DNA of 64,000 nt from the human T2T-CHM13v2.0 reference genome, Homo sapiens, in assembly GCF_009914755.1 (NCBI RefSeq), contig NC_060937.1; one strand, given 5' to 3'. The notes under the pieces were generated by a model. It saw only the letters and a list, made by a program, of their open reading frames with translations. It made no database searches and was not told the DNA's origin. A program made the translations under genes and the position numbers. Shown one piece after another: positions 54,481 through 64,000 of this stretch (its first letter is position 1; every line of letters starts with the position of its first letter).

Positions 54481-56304
54481 AATTATGAGAATCGAGGGAC
54501 ATGTTTCTATTATCATTTTGATAAATTATCATTTTGATATGTAAGCCAAGGATCAGACTGAGTCACTTAAAGTGTCACAGACAATAAGTTGAATTATGGA
54601 GACCAGGAGAACTTTCAATGCTCTTTCCGTTATATCTTACCCCTCTTCATAGAATCTACTATAATAAAAACGAGAAGAGAAATAGCAGCAAATTATATCA
54701 CTTCTTTAAAGCTTCAGTCGCAACAGTTAATACGTTGCAACAACGTAGCAAATTTTGCAAATTCAAAGGCATTATTTGTTTATTACAATTACATATGGAT
54801 AGAAAAGACTGAATCATCATATGACTGAAAATGTTCAATAAAATATAGTAGCTCTGCTGCTGTGAGGAAATCTGGCATGCCAGAAAAAACAGGAAAGCCT
54901 AATTAAAAATCACACCAAAATGTCATCCAGCTGACCTCAACTCAGCCTATTTAATGTATCCCTGTATTGACACATATGTAATTTCCTAGTGTTGCTGATG
55001 ATTGTCTTATGTTTATGTAACTCTCTTTCAAAGGAGGCCAGAGCTCTTTAGACCTAAGTTACTCATAAGAGTCAGCACATATTTATGCATGCTCTAATAG
55101 AACAGGTGTCTTATTTTAAAAATATTGATTATTATAACCCTCACTCTTCTGCCATCTTTGATAAATCTGACAAACACAATATGATTCCCAGAAAAGATAT
55201 CAGTACAGTTTTCTTGTCCAATACTTCTCTTTTTATAAATTGTGGTAAAACCACTCTCGAACGGGAAAAGATGAGTCTCACAAAATTGGTTGACTTGTGA
55301 AAAAGTTTGAAAAAATGATCAGAAATGCATTTATCAATGTTTACAATGCACCTATCATTTAGCCTGACAAACTTAACAGTTAATTAATATAACTGAACCA
55401 AAGAAGCCAGTAAATAAGTTCAGATTTCCCAGTTTCTTTAGATAATAGATCTCAATAAATATATACTGTTCCACAGGGATTTTTTTTTTTAAGAATAGAT
55501 TAACTGTGGCCACAGAGTATACTACGAGCTCTTAAGAAAAAGTGTGGTAAAAATTTAATAGCGACATGTATTATTGTGATTATTATACTTATTCTGAAGT
55601 TCTTGAGTAGAAGATTGAAGAAAGCATATATGATGGAACATTTACCGCTCTAGCAATTTTACTGGAACACGGAGGTCTCTTTTTAAAGGGACTTAAAAAT
55701 GGAACTTACGAAAAGATGAGTTCAAGGAATGTCATTCTTTCGAAATACATTTCCTCAAGTTGCCATTTCATAAGTAAATTAGTTTTACTCACTTGCTCCT
55801 TCCCCCTCCATTTTACATTGAAGTACTGTAAACCTGTGAGCTAATGGTCACCAGTTACATAAATGATAAAATGAGAGACCATTATGTGACAAACAAGGAG
55901 CAGGAGTAGCAGCAGGTAAATAATGTCAGCCATTATACTCTATTTGCTGTTCCCAAAGTGTAACCTCCTAAGAGGACTTTGGAAATAGGTTACCGTTTGG
56001 GAGGTTAATCACATACTAAAAGCAATCCTTGGCAGAAAACATGATTTTGGCACTACAGCTTTTTATGTTTCAAAAATCTCGAAAGTATTATAAATTCAAG
56101 CTGAAATTACACAGAGCTATGGTTTACCATTATCATTGGATCTGTTCAGTTCTAAGCTGGTCCATTTTCAATGTGACAGACAGCAATCCTTGCATTTTTC
56201 AAACATTTCCTTGTCTATCAATTTGCCATTAATGGCTAATTCTTAGTTACCGTGGTTTACCCAGGAAACATGGCTTCATATTTTTCTGACCATGCCTTCA
56301 TTGA

Positions 56305-59300
56305 CTTTTTAAATTTTATTTACTTTTATTTTAAGTTCCAGGATACATGTGCAGGATGTGCTGTTTGGTTACATAGGTAAACGTGTGCTGTGGTGGTTTG
56401 CTGCACATGACAACCCATCACCTAGATATTAAGCCCCCATGCTTTAGCTATTTATTCTGATGCTCTCCCTCCCCTTGACAGGCCCCCTTGACAGGCCTTG
56501 ACAGGCCCCAGTGTGCGCTGTTCCCCCACCTGTGTCCACGCGTTCTCATTGTTCAGCTCCCGCTGTAAGTGAGAACACGCAGTGTATAGTTTTCTGTTCC
56601 TGTGTTAGTTTCCTGAGGATAATGCCTTCCAGCTCCGTCCGTGTTCCTGCAAAGGACATGATCTCGTTCTTTTTTGTGGTTGCATAGTACTCCATGATGT
56701 ATATGTACCACATTTTCTTTATCCAGTCCATCAGTGATAGGCACTGGGATTGATTCCATCTCTGCTGTTTTGAATAGTGCCACAATGAACATATGTGGGT
56801 ATATATCTTTATAACAGAATGATTTATATTACTTTTGGTATATACCACTAATGGGATCACTGAATCAAATGGTATTTCTGCCTCTAGGTTTTGAAGAATC
56901 TCCACACTGTCTTCCACAATGGTTGAACTAATTTACATTCCCACCAACAGTGTGAAAGCATTCCTATTTCTCCATAGCCTCACCAGGATCTGTTGTTTCT
57001 TGACAATTTAATAATTGCCACTATGACTGGTATGTGATGGTATCTCATTGTGGTTTTGATTTTAATTTCTGTAATGATCAGTGATGTTGAGCTCTTTTTC
57101 ATATGTTTATTGGCCGCATAAATGTCTTCTTTTGAGAAGTGTCTCTTCATGTCTTTTGCCCAGTTTTTAATGGGGTTGTTTGTATTTTTCTTGTAAAATT
57201 GCTTAAGTTCCTTGTAGATTCTGGGTATTAGACCTTTGTCAGATGGATAGATTGCAAAATTTTTCTCCCATTTTGTAGGTTGTCTGTTCAATCTGATGAT
57301 AGTTTCTTTTGCTGTGCAGAAGCTCTATAGTTTAATTAGATCCCATTTGTCAATTTTTGCTTTTGTTGCAACTGCTTTTGACGTTTTCATCATGAAATCT
57401 TTGCCATGTCTATGTCCTGAATGGTATTGCCTAAATTCTGTTCTAGGGCTTTTATAGTTTTGGGTTTTACTTTAAATCTTTAATCTTTCTTGAGTGCATT
57501 TTTGTATAAGGTGTAAGGAAGGGGTCTAATTTCAATTTTCTGCATATGGCTAGCCAGTTTTCCCAGCACCATTTATTAAATAAGAAATCCCTTCCCCATT
57601 GCTTGTTTTTGTCAGGTTTGTAGAAGACCAGATATGCAGTCTTATTTCTGATATATTTATCCTGGTCTATATGTCTGTTTTTGTACCAGTACCATAATGT
57701 TTTGGTTACTGCAGCCTTGTAGTATAGTTTGAAGTTGGGTAACATGATGCCTCCAGCTTTGTTCTTTTTGTTTAGGATTGTCTTGGCTATACAGACTCCT
57801 TTTTGCTTCTATATGAAATTTAAAGTAGTTTCTTCTAGTTCTTTGAGGAATGTCAATGGTAGTTTGATGGAAATAGCATTGAATCTATAAATTACTTTGG
57901 GCAGTATGGACATTTTCACAATATTGATTCTACCTATCCATGAAGATGGAATGTTTTTCCATTTGTTTGTGTCCTCTCTTATTTCCTTGAGCAGTGGTTT
58001 GTAGTTCTTGAAGAGGTCCTTCACTTCCCTTGTTAGCTGTATTCCTAGGTATTTTATTCTCTTTGTAGTAATTGTGAATGGGAGTTAATTCATGATTTGG
58101 CTCTCTGCTTGTCTGTTGTTGGTGTAGAAATGCTTGTGATTTTTACACAGTAATTTTGTATCCTGAGATTTGGCTGAAATTGCTTATCAGCTTAAGGAGC
58201 TTTTAGTTTGAGAAGACAGGGTTTTCTAGATACAGGATCATGTTATCTACACAGAGATATTTTGACTTCTCTTTTCTTATTTGAACATCCTATATATCTT
58301 TCTCTTGTCTGATTGCCCTGGCCAGAACTTCCAATGCTAGGTTGAATAGGAGTAGTGAGAGAGGGCATCCTTGTCTTGTGCCAGTTTTCAAGGGGAATGC
58401 TTCCAGCTTTTGCCCATTCAGTATGATATTGGCTGTAGGTTTGTCATAAATGACTCTTATTATTTTGAGATATGTTCCATCAATACCTTGTTTACTGAGA
58501 GTTTTTAACATGAAGGGATGTTGAATTTTATTGAAGATCTTTTGTGCATCTATTGAGATAATCATATGGCTTTTGTCTTTAGTTCTGTTTATGTGATGAA
58601 TCATGTTTATTGACTTGCATACGCTGATCCAGTCTTGCATCCCAGGGGTGAAGCCAACTTGACCTTGGTGGATAAGCTTTTTGATCTGCTGCTGGATTCA
58701 GTTTGCCAGTATTTTATTGAGGATATTGAGGAACACTGCATGTTCCTCATGCAATAGATTTCTCTTTTTTTGGTATATCTCTTCCAGAGTTTGGTATTGT
58801 GATGATACTGGCCTCATAAAATGAGTTAGGGAAAAGGTCCACCTTTCAATTATTTGGAATAGTTTGAGAAGAAATGGCACCAGCTTCTCTTTGTACTTCT
58901 GGTAGAATTCAGCTGTAAATCTGTCCGATCATGGGCTTTTTTTTTTTTTTTTTTTTGCTTGGCGGGCTGTTTATTATTGCCTCAATTTCAGAACTTTTTA
59001 TTGGTCTATTCAGGGATTTAGCTTCTTCCTGGTTAATATTGGGAGGGTGTATGTGTCCAGGAATTTATCCATTTTTTTTCTATATTTTCTAGCTTATTTG
59101 CATAGATGTGTTTATAGTATTCTCAGATGGTTGTTTATATGTCTGTGGGGTCAGTGGTGATATCCCCTCTATCATTTTATTGTGTCCGTTTGATCCTTCT
59201 CTCTTTTCTTCTTTATTAGTCTAGCTAGTGGTCTATTTTATTAATTTTTTCCAAAAGAACATTTTTCCAAAAAAGCTCCTGGATTCATTGATTATTTTTG

Positions 59301-62300
59301 AGCAGGTTTTCAGGTTTCTGTCTTCTTCAGTTCTGCTCTGATCTTGGTTATTTATTGTTTTCTGATAGCTCTTGTGTTTGTTTGCTCTTGATTCTCTAGT
59401 TCTTTTAATTGTTATGTTACAGTTTTGATTTGAGATCTTTCCAGCTTTTTGATGTGGGCATTTAGTGCTATAAATTTCCCTCTTAACACTGCTTTAGCTG
59501 CATCCCAGAGATTCTGATACATTGTCTCTTTGTTCTCGTTGGTTTATAAGAAGTTCTTGATTCCTGCCTTACTTTCATTATGTACTCAGGAGTCATTTAG
59601 AAGCAGATTGTTCAGTTTTCATGTAGTTGTGTGGTTTGAGTTAATTTCTTAATGTTGAGTTCTAATTTGATTGAACTGTGGTCTGAGCAACTGTTTGTTA
59701 TGATTTCAATTCTTTTTGCATTTGCTGAGGACTGTTTTACTTCCAAATATGTAAACAACTTTAGAGTAAGTGCCATGTGGTGTTAGGAAGAACGTATATT
59801 CTGTTGTTTTGGGGTGGAGAGTTCTGCAGTTACCTATCAGGTCCACTTGATCCAGAGCTGAGTTCAAGTTCTGAATATCCTTGTTAACTTTCTGTCTCTA
59901 TGATCTTTCTAAAACTGACAGTGGGCTGTTAAAGTTTCCCACTATTATTGTGTGGGAGTCTAAGTCTCTTTGTAGATAAATAAAAATATGTTTTATGAAT
60001 CTGGGTACTTCTGTATTGGGTGCAAATATATTTAGGATAGTTAGCTCTTCTTGTTGAATTAATCCCTCCACCATTATGTAATGCCCTTCTTTTTCTTTTT
60101 TAATCTTTTTTGGTTTAAAGTCTGTTCTGTCAGAAACTAGCATTGTAACACCCTTTTTTCTGCTTTTTATTTGCTTGGTAAATTTTCCCCCATCCCCTTA
60201 TTTTGAGTCTTTGTGTTTTTGCACATGAGATGGGTCTCTTGAATACAGCACAGTGATGGGTCTTGACTATTTATCCAGCTTGCCATTCTGTGTCTTTTAA
60301 TTGGGGCATTTAGCCCATTTACATTTAAGTTTAATATTTTTAGGTGTGAATTTGATCCTGTCAACATGATGCTAGATGGTTATTTTGCGGACTTGTTGAT
60401 GTAGTTGCTTCATAGTGTCATTTGATCTGTGTAATTCAGTGTTTTTGCAGTGGCTGATAACAGCTTTTCCTTCCCAAATTTAATGCTTCTTTCAAGAGCT
60501 CTTGCAAGGCAGACCTGGTGGTGACAGATTTTGTCAACATTTGCTTGTCTGAAATGGATTTTATTTCTCCTTTGCTCATGAAATTTAGTTTGATTGGATA
60601 TGAAATTCTGGGTTGGAAATTTTTTTTAAAGAATATTGAATATTGGCACCCAATCTCTTCTGGCATGTAGGGTATCTGCTGAGAGGCCCACTGTTAATCT
60701 AATGGGCTTCCTTTTGTGGGTGACCTGGCCTTTATCTCTGGCTACCCTTAACACTATTTTTTTTTTTTTTTTTTTTACATTTTGATCTTGGAGAATCTGA
60801 TGATTATGTGTCTTGGGGTTGATCTTCTCATAGAGTATCTTAAAGGGTTCTCTCCATTTCCTGAATTTGAATGTTGCCCTGTCTTCTTAGGTTGGGGAAC
60901 TTCTTCTGGATGATATCCTAAGTCTGTTTTCCAATTTGGTTCCATTCTCCCTGTCTCTTTCAGGTACCTCAGTCAGTCATAGTTGTGGTCTTTTTACATA
61001 ATCCCATAGTTCTCAGAGGTTTTGTTTGTTCCTTTTCATTATTTTTTCTCTAATCTTGTCTGCCTGTCTTATTTCAGCAAGATAGTATTCAAGCTCTTAA
61101 TTTCCTTCCTCTGCTTGGTCAATACAGTTATCGATACATGTAGTTGCATTGTGAAGTTATTATGTTGTGTTTTTCAGCTTCATGAGGTCATTTATATTCC
61201 TCTCTAAACTGGTTATTCTGGTTAACAGCAATCATAATGTTTCATCATAATTCTTAGCTTCTTTCCATTGAGTTAGAACATGCTCCTTTAGCTCGGCAAA
61301 ATTTGTTATTACCTTCTGAATCCTACGTTTGTCAATTCATCCATCCCAGCCTCAGTCCAGTTCCGTGCCCCTGCTGGAGAAGTGGTGCAATCATTTGGAG
61401 GAGAAAGGCACTGTGGCTTTTTGAATTTTCAGTGTTTTTTTGTCAATTCTTTTTCATCTTTGTGAGTTTATATACCTTTGATCTTTGAGTCTGCTGGCCT
61501 TTGGATGGGGTTTTTGTGGGGACTCTTTTGCTGACACTCATATTAGTTCATTTTCACACTGCTGATAAAAACATATTTGAGACTGGGAAGAAAAAGAGGT
61601 TTAATTGGACTTATAGTTCCACATGGCTGGGGAGGCCTCAGAATCATGGCAGGAGGCAAACGCCACTTCTTACATGGTGGTGACAAGAGAAAAATGAGGA
61701 AGAAGCAAAAGCAGAAACCCCTGATAAACCCATCAGATCTCATGAGAGTTATTCACTATCACGAGAATAGAGTGGGAAAGACTGGCCCCCATGATTCAAT
61801 TACCTCCTCCTGGGTCCCTGCCACAACACCTGGGAATTCTGGGAGATACAATTCAAGTTGAGATTTGGGTGAGGACACAACCAAACCATATCATTACTGT
61901 TGTTGTTGTTGCTTTCTGTTTGCTTGTTTTGTTTTTAACAGTCAGGTCCCTATTCCACAGGGCTGTAGCAGTTTGCTGGGGGTCTACTCCAGGCCTAGTT
62001 GCCTCAGTTTTTCCCATACCTCAAGGTGTCTCCTGTGGTGGTTGCAAAACAGCAAGGATGATTGTCTCCTTGCTGTCCTGAAGATGATGCTCCATCTTCA
62101 GGGATCTCTGTCCCTGAGGGGCACCGACCTTATACCAGCAGGAATATTCCTGTATAAGGTGGTCTGGCAACCCCTATTGTGGGGTTTTACCCTGTCAGGA
62201 TGCATGAGATCTGGTACTTGCTTAATGAAGCACTCTGGCTGCTCCTTGGCAGAGAAGGTGTGCTGGACTGGGGGGAATCCCACTCACCTGGGCTACCCGG

Positions 62301-63085
62301 ATTCCTCAGAGACAGCAGGAGTAAAAAGTAAGTTTACTGCTCCTCAGAGACCATGGCTGCCCCTCCCATCAGGGGCTCAGTCCCAAGGAGCTCAGAGTTC
62401 TCTCCTTAATCCCCTGGCTAGAGTTGCTGAAATTCCTGCAGGGAGGCCCTGCACAGTGAGGAGGGATGGGTCAGGGCCTGGCCTAAAGAGGCAGTCTGGC
62501 CATTATCTGCTACAGCCGCTGTGATGTGATTTGAGGAATTCCTCTCGGGTCCAAATCATCCAGTCACCCTGGCACCAGCAGGGGAAAAACAGCAGACTGT
62601 AGCTCCAGAAATGGCAGCTGTCCCTCCACCCTGGAGCTCAGTTGTCTTAGACAGCAGTCAGGTGCAACGACTGCGGCCAACCCTCCCTCTGGGAACTCCG
62701 TAGTCTTGGGCAGTCTCCATCTGAGTAGCTGCTGAGAATCAGCACTGCTCTGTGCTTGGGACCCAAGGTCCTGTTGGTGTGGGCTCAAAAAGGGGATTTC
62801 CTGATCTGCAGGTTGCACAGATCTATGGGAAAAGCATGGTTTCCCAGGCAGGGTAGCATGATCACTCACTGCTTCCCTTGGCTTGGGGTGGATACCCAGT
62901 GTGGCTCCCAGGTGGGCCGTCACACCATCCTGCATTTCCTCACTTTCCATAGGTCATGCCAACTACCTAGTCAGTCCCAATGAGAGACCTGGACATCTCA
63001 GTTGCCGGTGCCGGATTCACTCGCCACTTCGGTTCTTGGTGAGAGGCTCCTACTGCAGCTGTTTCTAGTCAGCCAACTTGGCCCC
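56305..63085 (-). mobile_element. Full-length L1PA8/L1PA10-like element; ORFs disrupted
   Basis: 3'UTR at the left; ORF2 remnants (60167-60367 TGSNSHLKILNLNVNGLNAPIKRHR; 58290-58640 GTRQGCPLS); ORF1 remnant 60436-60666 with the ORF1 ATG at ~61455-61457; 5' terminus ggggccaagttggctgactagaaacagc on the minus strand. Confidence 0.95.
61539..61893 (-). mobile_element. THE1A-like solo LTR in the L1 5'UTR
   Basis: gaggaagaagcaaaagcagaaacccctgataaacccatcagatctc; ends aaaccatatca. Confidence 0.92.
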
Positions 63086-64000
63086 TGATATATCCATATA
63101 CTTCTTTAAAAAACAAGGACCATATTTGCCCTATCATACATACCACAACTCACTGCACCATCACAAAGTAGTATTAAGTTTAGCAAACTCCAATCTGTAG
63201 AAAAAGAGAACACATTTATTGTTATTGACATCAATAATTAATAGAAATAAAGAAAAGAATGTTACATTTTGAAGCAGAAATAAAAATAAAGATGACCTAA
63301 GTCAAGCTATTGCTAATACTACTAGGGAGAGAAATTTGAACCTTTCAAATGAGAACAAAGGTTCAAGATAAGGAAATGAGGAGATGATGACTTAAAAAAA
63401 TTTACTTCAATTTATTCTCTGCTTTCAGGTCAAGATTAGTGGAAATAAATAACTCTAACAACATTTCTAATATAGGATAATATTACTTAAGATGTTTTGG
63501 GAAAAGAGAGTGTATATCCTTAAAAAAAAAAACTAGTTGGGTCCTATCACTTACTGAGAAGTATCTATATCCAAGATCTTTGCTACTCTGCAGGATTTAT
63601 CAATTCAAATGTACATATTTCATACTTACAACATAAAACATAGAGGTTTAAATGACTAATATTTGACAGGTTTAAAACATATAAAATTAAGGAAACCGAA
63701 GTAGTTATCGTTTCTGCATTTCCTGTGGAGTAACTTGTTACTACCATGTTGTGCTTAAAGACACATAGAAGAATGAGAATCCCACACTCCCTAAATATTC
63801 AGCTCTCAATTTTCAAGGGACAGCAGAAATTACAGTAGTATCTTACCATATCTGGAAATAATTTCCATGGCTTAAAGTCTTACAATAGTCAGATGAAGTG
63901 CAAGCCTCTTTTACATAGATCACAAGACCACATATTAGTTTAATCATATTTAGTAATCTCAGGATTGAAATTCAACCACTTTGGGAAGACAGAATGAAAG

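Noticed and set aside
56546-60666. L1 ORF1/ORF2 peptide fragments
   Set aside because: Broken by many stops and frameshifts; the element cannot be retrotransposition-competent
61865-62524. Longest ORF (219 aa, plus strand), antisense to the L1 5'UTR and superficially ORF0-like
   Set aside because: Starts at a TTG inside the THE1A LTR, crosses GC-richer L1 UTR where stops are rare, and shows no recognisable protein features

Overview
This is AT-rich primate (most likely human) non-coding DNA, either gene desert or deep intron. I find no protein-coding exon, RNA gene or CRISPR-like array; every recognisable ORF in the track is a fragment of L1 ORF1/ORF2, Alu or an LTR. Much of the window is transposon-derived. 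It holds two near-full-length but dead minus-strand L1s: an L1PA15/16-like element at ~29.8-36.4 kb carrying a MER9 solo LTR, and an L1PA8/10-like element at ~56.3-63.1 kb carrying a THE1A solo LTR. It also holds many older L1M pieces, five Alu dimers plus monomers, MaLR/ERVL/ERV1 LTRs, MIR, L2 and DNA-transposon fossils. Family and subfamily names come from recalled consensus sequences, not from a search. I see no new multi-gene system. The most interesting signals are small-scale: a 25-bp Alu remnant with a perfect 16-bp TSD, four separately 5'-inverted L1s, several locally templated or fold-back micro-rearrangements, a ~113-bp monomer array in an old L1 5'UTR, a quasi-palindromic two-strand CTCF-like motif, and a repeat-free CpG-retaining block that may be regulatory.
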